Shown here piece by piece: positions 1-9,347 of a stretch of DNA of 64,000 nucleotides. The notes under the pieces are model-generated. The model searched no databases. It was not told the origin of the DNA and was given only the letters and a program-made list of their open reading frames with translations. A program made the position numbers and the translations under genes. The stretch comes from Bacteriovoracia bacterium (GTDB lineage: Bacteria; Bdellovibrionota; UBA1018; CAIPTA01): assembly GCA_050246755.1 (NCBI GenBank), contig JBFWVL010000007.1:39155-103154 (forward strand), in the 5' to 3' direction. The stretch's first letter is position 1. Every line of letters begins with the position of its first letter.

Positions 1-516
1 GGCTTGGGCGAAGATGGAACTACGATCGATATGGTTCGCCAGGAGCAAATTCCCTTCGTGGAAGCGGTGGTGAACGGAGTGCCGGTGCCAGGTAACGCAT
101 CGGTGGGCGTGAAGGTGAAAGTGACTCCTACCATTTCTGGCGACCAGCGTCTGAACCTCAATACGGATCTCTCCTTCGAAGTTCCCACGGGCAATGGCGC
201 CGGCGGCAAGCCGCGCACCGTGCGCACGGCTATTACGAATACCGTGGGCCTTAAATCGGGTGACAGCTGCGCCCTCGGCGGATTAATTCAGAGCAGTACT
301 TCGAAAGATATCGATAAGGATCCGGAAACTTCATCCGGCGCCGCCGGTAGCGCACTTTTCACACTGCTCCGGTCGAAATCCTTCCGTAATAGCAAGACTC
401 AGTTCGTGGTTTTCGTGACGCCGAAAATAGTTGATGATGCAGCGGAAGGAACCGCTGACATTAAGGCGAAAATCCTCAATAATAGTCAGAAGAAACGCCG
501 TCGCATCGTTAACTAA
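1..516 (+). CDS. Tad/Flp pilus secretin (RcpA/CpaC-like), C-terminal part, truncated by window start
   Basis: Secretin C-terminal signature (ALGGLIQ...LFTLLRSKSFRNSKTQFVVFVTPKI); lies directly upstream of tadA. Confidence 0.85.
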   Translation, partial: GLGEDGTTIDMVRQEQIPFVEAVVNGVPVPGNASVGVKVKVTPTISGDQRLNLNTDLSFEVPTGNGAGGKPRTVRTAITNTVGLKSGDSCALGGLIQSSTSKDIDKDPETSSGAAGSALFTLLRSKSFRNSKTQFVVFVTPKIVDDAAEGTADIKAKILNNSQKKRRRIVN

Positions 517-540
517 AAAAGCGGCGGCTGGGAGCCAAGG

Positions 541-2709
541 ATGGCAGGACACGTCATTTCGGTTATTGGGGGCAAGGGCGGGGTGGGCAAAAGCGTATTT
601 GCCTCCAACCTCGCGCTCGCATTTCTGAAAGAATTTAATATGAAGCCGCTCCTAGTAGACCAGGACTTTGCGGCCTGCGGCGATCAAAACCTGATTCTCG
701 GCATTCGTCCGCCCAAGGGTTTGTTCGAGGCTTTACAAAATCCCGGCGCCTTCGATCAGGCCGCGATGATCAAGCTAGTGGCCCAGCATCCGAGCGGGCT
801 GCATTATCTTTCCGCGCCCGCCACCACCGCGCAAGCGCGTTCGATGAATCCAGATTTGCTGGGTAAGCTCTATAAGGCGATGCCCAATGTGTATCCCCTC
901 ACCGTGATCGACTGCGGCTCCACGATGGATGCCTTTACGATTAAGGCGATGGAATTTTCCACGCTGATCCTGCTCGTAACGAACCCCGATATCCTCGTGA
1001 TGCACCAAACCCGGCGCATGCTCACCGAGATCGTGGAGTCTCTTTTTCCCCTGGATATGATCGAGATCGTGCTCAATCGCTATACGCAGAATGCAGCCGT
1101 GCTTCCCGCCACGATCCAAAAAAATCTCGGCAAAGCGGTATACGCCGCGATTCCCGAAGACGCCGCCTCGCATGCGGCCGCGCTTTCTTCGGGGAAGCCG
1201 CTGATTCTCGCTGCGCCGAACGCGCCTAGCACGCGCGCCATCCACGAAATGGTGCGCAAGATGCAGCAGACGCAGCTGCTGCAGAAGCTTTCCGGTCTCA
1301 AGAAGCCTTCGCGCGCCCAAATTGCGGCCGCCAACAAGCCCATCGCGGGCACGAGCGCCGCCGCGAGCGCCAATGCGAAGAAAGCGGAAGAATCTTCCGC
1401 TCCGAGAATTCCCGGCCAGCACGTGCAGGCCACTGATCCTTGGAGCTCGCTGAAGCTCCGCGTGCACAAAGAGCTCGTGGAGAAGATTGATTTCAAGAAG
1501 GAAGGGAATAATCCCGGCAACCTAAAGGCTCTTCGGGAAAAATGCCGGGCGGCGGTGGTGGAGATCCTCAATACCGAAGATACGAACTCGGTAGCGCCCA
1601 CGCGGGAAGACCTCCAGCAGCTCGTGAAGGAAATCCTCGACGAAGCGCTCGGGTTCGGCCCGCTCGAAGATCTCCTTGCCGACGATGCCGTGACCGAGAT
1701 CATGGTGAACTCGGCCAGCCAGATCTACATGGAGAAGGCGGGTAAGCCCGCGCTCTCCAAAGTTACTTTTTCTTCGAACCAGCAGCTCATGAATGTGATC
1801 GAGCGGATCGTGATGCCCCTCGGCCGCCGCATCGACGAGAAAAGCCCTTACGTGGACGCTCGCTTGCCCGATGGCTCCCGGGTGCACGCGATCATCCCTC
1901 CGCTCGCGATCCGCGGCCCCACCGTAACGATCCGGAAGTTTCCTAAGAAACGCTTTATCTGGCAGGATCTCGTGAACTACGGATCGATCACCGCCGAGAT
2001 CGCGGATTTTTTACGGCTATGCGTGGAGAGCCGGCTGAACATTGTGGTGTCCGGGGGCACGGGCTCCGGAAAGACTACGCTGCTGAACGTGCTCTCCAGC
2101 TTCATTCCCGCCACCGAGCGGATCATCACGGTGGAGGATTCCGCCGAGCTTTCCCTCGCGCAGGAGCACGTGGTTCGTCTCGAGACCCGCCCCGCGAATA
2201 TCGAGGGGGAAGGGGAAGTTTCCATCCGCGATCTCGTGAAGCAAACGCTGCGGATGCGGCCCGATCGGATCATCGTAGGGGAGTGCCGCGCAGGGGAAGC
2301 CCTCGACATGCTCCAGGCCATGAATACCGGGCACGACGGCTCGCTCACTACGATTCACTCCAATACCCCGCGCGATTGTATCGCGCGTCTCGAAACTCTC
2401 GTGATGATGGCCGGCATGAGCTTGCCGGCTAAAGCGATTCGCGAGCAAGTGGCGGCGGCGGTGCACTTGATTGTGCAGCAGAGCCGGATGTCGGATGGTT
2501 CGAGGAAAATTACCTATATAACCGAGGTAGTGGGAATTCAGGGTGATACCGTGAGCTTGCAGGATATTTTCACCTACAAACAGGAAGGGCTCGATAAGCG
2601 CCGCAAAGTGCAAGGCCGCTTTGTGGCTTCCGGTTTCATTCCTAAGTTCGTCGAGCAGATCGAAGCGAAGGGGCTGAAAATCCCCCGTTCGCTCTTCACC
2701 ACGAAGTAA
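541..2709 (+). CDS. tadA: CpaE/TadZ(MinD-like)-TadA/CpaF fusion, Tad pilus assembly ATPase
   Basis: N-terminal deviant Walker A KGGVGKS; C-terminal GGTGSGKTT, TVEDSAEL, LRMRPDRIIVGECR, AMNTGHDGSLTTIH. Confidence 0.93.
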   Translation: MAGHVISVIGGKGGVGKSVFASNLALAFLKEFNMKPLLVDQDFAACGDQNLILGIRPPKGLFEALQNPGAFDQAAMIKLVAQHPSGLHYLSAPATTAQARSMNPDLLGKLYKAMPNVYPLTVIDCGSTMDAFTIKAMEFSTLILLVTNPDILVMHQTRRMLTEIVESLFPLDMIEIVLNRYTQNAAVLPATIQKNLGKAVYAAIPEDAASHAAALSSGKPLILAAPNAPSTRAIHEMVRKMQQTQLLQKLSGLKKPSRAQIAAANKPIAGTSAAASANAKKAEESSAPRIPGQHVQATDPWSSLKLRVHKELVEKIDFKKEGNNPGNLKALREKCRAAVVEILNTEDTNSVAPTREDLQQLVKEILDEALGFGPLEDLLADDAVTEIMVNSASQIYMEKAGKPALSKVTFSSNQQLMNVIERIVMPLGRRIDEKSPYVDARLPDGSRVHAIIPPLAIRGPTVTIRKFPKKRFIWQDLVNYGSITAEIADFLRLCVESRLNIVVSGGTGSGKTTLLNVLSSFIPATERIITVEDSAELSLAQEHVVRLETRPANIEGEGEVSIRDLVKQTLRMRPDRIIVGECRAGEALDMLQAMNTGHDGSLTTIHSNTPRDCIARLETLVMMAGMSLPAKAIREQVAAAVHLIVQQSRMSDGSRKITYITEVVGIQGDTVSLQDIFTYKQEGLDKRRKVQGRFVASGFIPKFVEQIEAKGLKIPRSLFTTK

Positions 2710-2723
2710 AAGGAGGCGGATCT

Positions 2724-3599
2724 GTGAAGGAGATATTTAATTCGCTAACCATTTCTCTTTTCGTGGGCGCGATGGTTTTTTTCGTGGCCTACTCGAACGC
2801 GGCGCGTTTCCTCGAATGGATGCGCTGGCAGTCCATCGGCACCCGCGACTATATCGTAGAAAAATTAGCGATGATGTTCATCGACGTGACTCCCAATCAG
2901 GTGCTGGGCGGAATGATCGCCACCTCCGTGATTCCCGCGCTAATCGTTTTTATCGTGATCTTGCCCCAGCTCATTCCGGCCACGCTCCTCGCTTTTCTGG
3001 TTGGCGTAGGGTTATGGTTCGTGCCCCGAATGGTAGTGGATTCGATGTTCAATAAACGCGTAGAAACCTTCAACTACCAGATGATCGACGGCCTCGGCCT
3101 CATGGCGAACGGGATGAAATCGGGGCTTTCGATCGTGCAGGCGCTCGGCATGGTGAAGAATGAAATGCCCAACCCTCTCGGGCAGGAATTCGACTACGTG
3201 CTCAAGCAGCAGCTGCTAGGGGTTTCGGTGGAAGACGCATTTCAAAACTTGGCCAAACGAATTCCGTCGGAAGACGTGAACATGTTTGTTACCTCGGTGG
3301 TGATCCTGAAGGAAACCGGCGGTAACTTGGCCGAAACCTTCGAGACCATCGTGATGGTGATCCGGGAGCGGGTAAAGATTGAAAAGAAAATTTCCGCGAT
3401 GATGCGGCAAAACTTGGCCCAGGGGGCGATCGTATTCATGATGCCCTACGCAATGGTGGCGATGTTCTATTTTTCCGATCCTGATTTTTTAACGCCGATG
3501 TTCCAGGAGCCGATCGGATGGGCGATGCTTTTCGTCGCCACGGCGCTTCAGTGGACGGGTGGTTTTATGATTTATAAGCTAGTGCAAATTAAGGTATGA
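2724..3599 (+). CDS. tadB: Tad pilus inner-membrane platform protein TadB (T2SS F family)
   Basis: TM helices, GMKSGLSIVQAL and ETGGNLAETF motifs; follows tadA. Confidence 0.9.
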   Translation: MKEIFNSLTISLFVGAMVFFVAYSNAARFLEWMRWQSIGTRDYIVEKLAMMFIDVTPNQVLGGMIATSVIPALIVFIVILPQLIPATLLAFLVGVGLWFVPRMVVDSMFNKRVETFNYQMIDGLGLMANGMKSGLSIVQALGMVKNEMPNPLGQEFDYVLKQQLLGVSVEDAFQNLAKRIPSEDVNMFVTSVVILKETGGNLAETFETIVMVIRERVKIEKKISAMMRQNLAQGAIVFMMPYAMVAMFYFSDPDFLTPMFQEPIGWAMLFVATALQWTGGFMIYKLVQIKV

Positions 3600-3628
3600 T
3601 TTTGGGTAATTCTTTTAGGAGTAAGCAA

Positions 3629-5425
3629 ATGATGAAACGGCAAAAATATTTTTTCTCGGGTTTGGCTGCGGCCGCCGTTTTAGGTTTTTCCGCTCCTGCC
3701 GAAGCGATGGTGGCCATTGGTAACGGAAACTACTTCATCGGCTTCACCGACCTCGAGCACGAAGCGCCGGTAAATTCTTTTCAGCTGAAGATCCAGCGCA
3801 CGAATAACTCCCGCTCCCAGTTCGATGGCCTTTTCGGCTACGGTTGGGGCTCCGACTACGAAGCTTTTCTTCTTCCTTCTTCCGACGGCAGTGTGGTGAT
3901 TCAAGAAAGCGGCGGTGGAGATAAGACGCGCTTTTCCCCGAAAGAGTTTTCCAAGGCCGCGCTCGAGAAGCAGGTGGACCGCCTGCTGGAGGCTTACGGG
4001 AAAAAAAATAGGGCTACCGGCACCGTCCTTAAAGCCAAGCGTGAGAAATGGATCGGCGATGCGAATGAGCGCGACGAAGAGAGCCGCAACTTAGGTATTT
4101 TTCCGGAATTGCCCGTGGGCACGAAGCTCTATAGTACGCAACGCGGCGACAAGCAGACCCTTACCGTGATCAAGGGCGGCTACGTGCGTGAATACGGCGA
4201 CGGAAAACAAGAGTTATTTAACGTGAAGGTGGATGTGGCCGATCAGGGCGTGGATCCAGCCAAGCGCCGTGTCCTTAAGGGCGTGCTGAAAGTAAGCCGT
4301 CTCGTGGACCCCGTGCGCAAAGCCCAGGTTTTTTATGAGTACGACCCTAGCGGTCGCCTCACCACCGTTACCGACAAGAAAACCCAGACCGTGCGTGTTC
4401 GCTACGGCGTTAACGGCAAGATCTCGGAAGTAGCCGATTCCCGCGGAAATAAAGCCACCTATGAGTATTGCGACTCTGCCGCGGCCTATAATACCGCCAA
4501 GAAATGCGGCAAAGGCGATCTTGTGCGCTCTAAGGATACGTCGGGTTCCGTCTATAGCTACCAATACGATGCTTTGCATAACCTGATCCGCGTGGGCTAT
4601 CCACGTGATGGCAAACCCGATCAGGAATTCGAGGAGATCGCTTATTGGCCGATGGGGGGCGATGGGCAGGGTGGAGTGAAGTCCGTGAAAAACCAGAACG
4701 GCGCCCTTTCGGAATACAGCTACTGGCAAGACCCTAAAGACAAAGAAGGCCACTATAAGACCGAGGTGAAGACCACGTACCAGAGCGGTAAGTCTTCCAC
4801 TTCGTCCTACGAATACTACGAGAAAAAACGGGCCGACGGCTCGCGCTATCGATATAAGTTAGTGGCTGTCACCGACGGTGATAAAACGGAAACTATCTAT
4901 AACGAATGTTGCGGCCAGCCCCTGCAGATCGTAAACGGTGGCGGTACCACCAAGTTCGAATACTATGCTGGCACCGGCCTTCCCCGCGAGAAGGATACTC
5001 CTTCCGAAAATATCCAATGGCAGTACCATCCGAAATTTCACGGCAAGATCACCAAAGTGACCGTAAGCGATAAGGCCGCCAAATCGGCGAAGAGCAGCGA
5101 GTTCCAGTACGACGACAAGAACGGCCAGCTCACGAAAGCACGTACTTCGGATGGTAAGGGAATCGTGTTGATGTACGACGGACAGGGCCGCATCGCCCAA
5201 ATGATCGATCAGGATAAGCGTAAAATCGTGTTCAAGTACACGAGCTCCTCTAAGCCCGCCGAAATCATGCAGGACGGCGTGGGCTCGATTCAGGTGAGCT
5301 ACGACAAAGGCGGCAATATTAAGGACGTAAAATCCAAGGGCGGCCGCCAAATCGCCATCTCCGTGGCGGCGGCTTTTCAAAATTTGCTGGAAATCATTAA
5401 GCCGGCGGGAATTCAGCCGATATAG
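3629..5425 (+). CDS. Secreted YD/RHS-repeat protein, Bd0109-like, with no C-terminal toxin domain
   Basis: Signal peptide; DUF6531-like head (NSRSQFDGLFGYGWGSDYE); many YD repeats (YEYDPSGRL, YQYDALHNL, YDGQGRI); start set at the ATG after AGGAG; synteny with tadAB. Confidence 0.85.
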   Translation: MMKRQKYFFSGLAAAAVLGFSAPAEAMVAIGNGNYFIGFTDLEHEAPVNSFQLKIQRTNNSRSQFDGLFGYGWGSDYEAFLLPSSDGSVVIQESGGGDKTRFSPKEFSKAALEKQVDRLLEAYGKKNRATGTVLKAKREKWIGDANERDEESRNLGIFPELPVGTKLYSTQRGDKQTLTVIKGGYVREYGDGKQELFNVKVDVADQGVDPAKRRVLKGVLKVSRLVDPVRKAQVFYEYDPSGRLTTVTDKKTQTVRVRYGVNGKISEVADSRGNKATYEYCDSAAAYNTAKKCGKGDLVRSKDTSGSVYSYQYDALHNLIRVGYPRDGKPDQEFEEIAYWPMGGDGQGGVKSVKNQNGALSEYSYWQDPKDKEGHYKTEVKTTYQSGKSSTSSYEYYEKKRADGSRYRYKLVAVTDGDKTETIYNECCGQPLQIVNGGGTTKFEYYAGTGLPREKDTPSENIQWQYHPKFHGKITKVTVSDKAAKSAKSSEFQYDDKNGQLTKARTSDGKGIVLMYDGQGRIAQMIDQDKRKIVFKYTSSSKPAEIMQDGVGSIQVSYDKGGNIKDVKSKGGRQIAISVAAAFQNLLEIIKPAGIQPI

Positions 5426-5458
5426 CTAAGGTAGGGGCTTAGTTTTCGAGCGCTGCAC

Positions 5459-5495
5459 TGTTGAAAGTTTAGGCAGGCTGTCTAAACTTTAGGCA
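5459..5495. promoter_or_regulatory. Tandem 17-bp dyad sites, candidate enhancer (UAS) for a sigma54 activator
   Basis: TGTTGA-AAGTT-TAGGCA (5459) and TGTCTA-AACTT-TAGGCA (5479), 20 bp apart, 60-100 bp upstream of a -24/-12 promoter. Confidence 0.55.
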
Positions 5496-5556
5496 GGGGC
5501 TAGGGGAAAACTGAAAAAAACCTACGGGATATCAAGGGTTAGGTCCCCCGTCTTCG

Positions 5557-5572
5557 TGGCATGGCCCTTGCT
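5557..5572 (+). promoter_or_regulatory. sigma54 (-24/-12) promoter
   Basis: TGGCATGGCCCTTGCT = GG-N10-GC, 38 bp upstream of ATG 5611. Confidence 0.8.
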
Positions 5573-5610
5573 CTGTCGGTAGTAGGTAGTTTTTAAAGGA
5601 GAGAGAATTT

Positions 5611-5808
5611 ATGAAAAAGATTTTGATGTTAGTGATCGCGTCTTCTTTGGTTGGCGCATCCGCTATGGCAGTAGGTCCCAATAAGGAAATCAACTGCAAA
5701 GACGTAGTGAAAAAAGTTAAGGAAATGCAGGACAAAAAGGCTGCCGCCAACGGCCAAGCCGACGAGTCCGCACCCGCCGCTAAAGGCAACAGCAAAGACG
5801 CTAACTAA
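5611..5808 (+). CDS. Small secreted protein at the Bd0108 (hit) position
   Basis: Strong RBS AAGGAG, Sec signal peptide (..ASAMA), low-complexity mature part with one Cys, own terminator. Confidence 0.8.
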   Translation: MKKILMLVIASSLVGASAMAVGPNKEINCKDVVKKVKEMQDKKAAANGQADESAPAAKGNSKDAN

Positions 5809-5835
5809 TTTTCAGTTAGTTTAGTTTCTCGAATC

Positions 5836-5871
5836 GGCCAGGCCCTCACGGGTGCTGGCCTTTTCTTTTTT
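5836..5871 (+). terminator. Rho-independent terminator
   Basis: GGCCAG-GCCC...GGGT-G-CTGGCC stem followed by TTTTCTTTTTT. Confidence 0.8.
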
Positions 5872-6266
5872 CCGTTTCCAAAATCCCCTTCGGGCTCCTC
5901 CCATTTCCGGTGTTACAGCCCCGATTCCCTCGGCCTCTAAGGCCTCCAGGCGGCCCCCAGCGCCCTTCCATACCCCCGCCTGGTCTTCTCTTCCTCTTCC
6001 TCTTTTTGCCCCTATGCCCCTTATCCTTTCCCAGTTGCCGTTCTTTCGTTCTCCATCGTCTAGTTTCTAGGCGCCTATTCCGACCGTGCCCAAGTCCTGG
6101 AATTGAGCTGGGTTTACGTTTCATGTTCGCGCGGAGACGGGGTGTACTACGCGCATACTAGTGTAAAAAAACTAGACGCTCTCGTGGCCTAAATGAGGCG
6201 GGTCGGAATGGAGTCATAAACGATATCTCTTTGATTCTACTTGGTAAAAGTAAGTTTTGAGCAGGT

Positions 6267-6282
6267 TGGCAAGCTGGTTGCA
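6267..6282 (+). promoter_or_regulatory. sigma54 (-24/-12) promoter
   Basis: TGGCAAGCTGGTTGCA = GG-N10-GC, upstream of ORF 6378. Confidence 0.75.
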
Positions 6283-6377
6283 ATACCTGTTCGCGTAGGA
6301 ATAGTTTTCCATTTGCACCTCTGGTTCCCAGGAGCCGGCGGCCGCAACTGGTGATGTTGTGTAGAGAGGTATAAAAG

Positions 6378-6599
6378 ATGAAGTCGTTAAAAGTTGTATT
6401 CGTAGCCGCTGCGCTCTTAGTTTCTGGTTCTGCCATGGCGTCCGTAGGTGACTTCCGTAGCACCGGAGAAGAACTCCGCAATGGCCAATTGATTTGCCCT
6501 AAACTGGCTGATTCCGCTTACAAAAAAGCGAATATCAATGCCCAGTCTTCCGGCGAAGTAGCCCGCGACGTTGCTAGCAGCTCGCACAGCGCGAACTAA
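6378..6599 (+). CDS. Small secreted protein (73 aa)
   Basis: RBS GAGGT, signal peptide ending GSAMA, one Cys; same layout as 5611..5808. Confidence 0.8.
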   Translation: MKSLKVVFVAAALLVSGSAMASVGDFRSTGEELRNGQLICPKLADSAYKKANINAQSSGEVARDVASSSHSAN

Positions 6600-6620
6600 G
6601 TAGCTTACGGCACCACTGCT

Positions 6621-7007
6621 TTACGGCATGGTGCCTGGCTTAACCATTAGTTCGAGCCGGTGAGCCAGCGTTTGGCGCAGTGAATCCGTGGTAAAGGGGT
6701 AGACCAAGACGTCTTGTGCCCCGAAGCGGAACGCTTTGTCGATCGCGGATCGCGTGCTCAGGCGCGTGATCAGCAGGAAAGTCGCGCTCTCATTCACCTT
6801 CTTCAGTATTTTCATGATCTCGAGCCCGTTGGTTCCGGGAATGAACAAGTCTACTATCACCAGCGGAGCGGCGCTTTCCATCATCGCTTCAGTCACACCC
6901 TTGGCTCCGAATACTTCCTTCGTGATTTTTAGCGGCAATTCATCTACCGCCGCGCGTATCACTTTCCGCAGCTCCGCATCGTTGCAGACTACTAGCAGAT
7001 TCGTCAT
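6621..7007 (-). CDS. Single-domain response regulator (atypical receiver)
   Basis: LVIVDLFIPGTNGLE; the acidic pocket (CND) and the conserved Lys (LVYPF) are degenerate. Confidence 0.8.
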   Translation of the reverse strand: MTNLLVVCNDAELRKVIRAAVDELPLKITKEVFGAKGVTEAMMESAAPLVIVDLFIPGTNGLEIMKILKKVNESATFLLITRLSTRSAIDKAFRFGAQDVLVYPFTTDSLRQTLAHRLELMVKPGTMP

Positions 7008-8275
7008 TCACCGCCTCCTGCTTCGTCTTCGTCGGTTCGGTGTACCGTTACGATAACGGTCTCGATGGCTTTCTCCGAAGCGCGGTGTACCCGAATCTTG
7101 AAGTTGGCGAAGTAGAGTTCGTCTCCTACCGAAGGAATTCGATTAAATTGCTGGAGTAAAAAACCAGAAAGGGTTTCGTATTCTCCCTTGGGCACGTGAA
7201 TCTTCAGACGTTCATTGAGCTCATTTACGGGCATATTCACCTGCACTAGGTAGGAATTGGTGCCGATCTCCATGATGCCGAGGTTGTTTTCATCCCATTC
7301 GTCGGAGATATCTCCCACGATTTCCTCGAGTACGTCTTCCTTGGTCACGATGCCCACGGCGCCACCGTATTCGTCTACCACCACCGCCAGCTCCGCTTCT
7401 TGCAGTTCTTTCGTGAGGGTTTCCAGCTGCTGCACCTCGGGCACAAAGAGCGCGGGGCGCATAAAGCGGCTGACTTTTTCCTGATCGGGATCGCGGCAGC
7501 CGAATACATCGGGGAAGTAGAGGATGCCCACGATATTATCGATCCTTTCCTCGTATACCGGGAGCCGCGAATGGCGCAGGGTCTCGAACATGTCGATCGC
7601 TTCCTGAACGGTGGAGTCTCTCTCGATTGCATCTACGTTCACGAACGGCAGCATCACCTTTTTCACGTTTTGCTGGGAGAACTCGAGAATCCTGCGGATC
7701 ATCCGCTTGTGTCCGAGTTGAATTTCGCTTTCTTCGTCGGATTCGGACAGCAGGGCCTGAAGCTCTTCCCGGGTGCGCTTGCGCCGGCTAAGGGCATCTT
7801 GGCCGCCTAGGCCCACCATTCGCGTAAGACGAACCGTATAAAGGGAGATCAGAAACAACGCGGGACTAGCCATCTTGGAGAAGAAAAATAGGGGAGCGGC
7901 GAACCAAAGACTGATGCGCTCCGGGAAGGTGCGGGCGATCACTTTCGGCATGCTATCGGAGAATATGAGAATAAGAGGGGCGCAGATCGCAAACATGAGC
8001 CATTCCCGCTCCACGCCGATCCGGTGCATGAGCAGAGTGGCTAAGGTGGTAGCGGCCGCGATGCCAAGGTTGGCGCCGAATTGCGTGGTGGAAAGCAGGT
8101 AGTCGAGATTTTCGAGTTGTTTGAGCGCCAATGCCGCATTGCGGTTGCCTTCTTTTTTCCTTTTATTCAGAAAAATGCGGTCCGCGCTGATCAACGCGGT
8201 TTCGGCCCCCGTAAAAAAAGCGGTAGCGAATACGCCTAGCACCACGCCGATACCGAGGAAAACTACGCCGGTCAT
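7004..8275 (-). CDS. CNNM/hemolysin-family (DUF21-CBS-CorC) Mg/Co transport protein
   Basis: [42 protein letters not shown]; start placed at the ATGA overlap. Confidence 0.9.
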   Translation of the reverse strand: MTGVVFLGIGVVLGVFATAFFTGAETALISADRIFLNKRKKEGNRNAALALKQLENLDYLLSTTQFGANLGIAAATTLATLLMHRIGVEREWLMFAICAPLILIFSDSMPKVIARTFPERISLWFAAPLFFFSKMASPALFLISLYTVRLTRMVGLGGQDALSRRKRTREELQALLSESDEESEIQLGHKRMIRRILEFSQQNVKKVMLPFVNVDAIERDSTVQEAIDMFETLRHSRLPVYEERIDNIVGILYFPDVFGCRDPDQEKVSRFMRPALFVPEVQQLETLTKELQEAELAVVVDEYGGAVGIVTKEDVLEEIVGDISDEWDENNLGIMEIGTNSYLVQVNMPVNELNERLKIHVPKGEYETLSGFLLQQFNRIPSVGDELYFANFKIRVHRASEKAIETVIVTVHRTDEDEAGGGE

Positions 8276-9279
8276 CGCTTCTGCTCCCATAGCTCGCCGA
8301 ACATTTGCTCGAGAATATCCTCCATCGTGATCACCGCGATGGAGATGCCGGCTTTATTTTCAATCACGGCGATGTGGCGTTTTAACTGGCGAAAACGGCG
8401 GAAAAGCGTTTCTGCCTTCATCTGCGGCTCCACCGTGAGCGGCTCCTTCATCAGATCGCGCACGGTCATTTCCTGTTCGTCGCGGCTGATATAGTTCAGC
8501 AAGTCTTTGGCGTAGAGGATTCCCACCACTTTCGATTTTTCTTCGCCGATCACGGGTATGCGCGCGTAGAAATTCTTCCCGAGCTTGTCGATCACCCGTT
8601 TGGGGCTATCGTCCTGGAGCACGGTAAAGCACTCCTGCAGGGGAGTGGCAAGGTCGATCACCTTATCGTCGTCGATCTCGAAGAGGTTTTCGATGATGTC
8701 CTGCTCCACGCTGTGGATGGCGCCTTTTCGTTTTCCATCTTCGAGCAGGGTCCGGATATCGTCTTCATTTATGGGCTCATCGTTCTTAGGGTGACGTTTA
8801 CGCAGCCGCCGGGTAAGAAACTCTACGGCGTGCTCGAGGAAAAAGCGCACGGGAAAAGCCGCGCGGTAGAACCACCAGAAAGGGGTGATGAAGAGAGTGG
8901 CAACGGTGGTATTGGCTTTGGCCCCGATCACCTTTGGGGTGATTTCGCCGAAGATCAAGATGATCGGCATGACGGTGACCAGGTTCACTACCGTGATCCA
9001 AAAGGGAGTGAATTGCTGTCGCTGGTAAAAGGAGGCGAGCAAATTGGAAATGAAAACGTTGGTGAGTTCATTGCCGAGCAGCACGGTGGCCACGAACGCG
9101 CTCGGATGGTCGAGGAGGTGGCGAATCCGGGAAAAAACGTCGGGATTTTTTTGCTTTAGCTGACGAAGCTGAAAGCGCGAAAGGCTGAAGAACGCCGTTT
9201 CCGACGCGGAAAAAAATGCACAAAGAGTGATAAGGAAAACAGCTGGAAGTAGAGGAAAACTGTCAGGGAGCGCGTTCAC
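8272..9279 (-). CDS. CNNM (DUF21-CBS) membrane protein
   Basis: AFFSASETAFFSL, FGEITPK, CBS pair, TMEDILEQMFGE. Confidence 0.9.
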   Translation of the reverse strand: MNALPDSFPLLPAVFLITLCAFFSASETAFFSLSRFQLRQLKQKNPDVFSRIRHLLDHPSAFVATVLLGNELTNVFISNLLASFYQRQQFTPFWITVVNLVTVMPIILIFGEITPKVIGAKANTTVATLFITPFWWFYRAAFPVRFFLEHAVEFLTRRLRKRHPKNDEPINEDDIRTLLEDGKRKGAIHSVEQDIIENLFEIDDDKVIDLATPLQECFTVLQDDSPKRVIDKLGKNFYARIPVIGEEKSKVVGILYAKDLLNYISRDEQEMTVRDLMKEPLTVEPQMKAETLFRRFRQLKRHIAVIENKAGISIAVITMEDILEQMFGELWEQKR

Positions 9280-9347
9280 GGTGCCTTAACTATAGCATTA
9301 GCCTCGAGGGCAAGCTATCCGGCACCGTGTTCAGGCCCATTACTAGA

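Noticed and set aside
3629-5425. RHS polymorphic toxin with an immunity gene
   Set aside because: No PxxxxDPxG cleavage motif or toxin tip; it has a Sec signal and Bd0109-like synteny
5846-6161. ORFs 5846..6124(-), 5852..6070(+) and 5910..6161(+)
   Set aside because: Low-complexity translations caused by strand skew; they overlap a terminator and lack convincing RBSs
7004-9279. Tandem CNNM/DUF21 genes as a novelty
   Set aside because: Paired DUF21-CBS genes are a common arrangement
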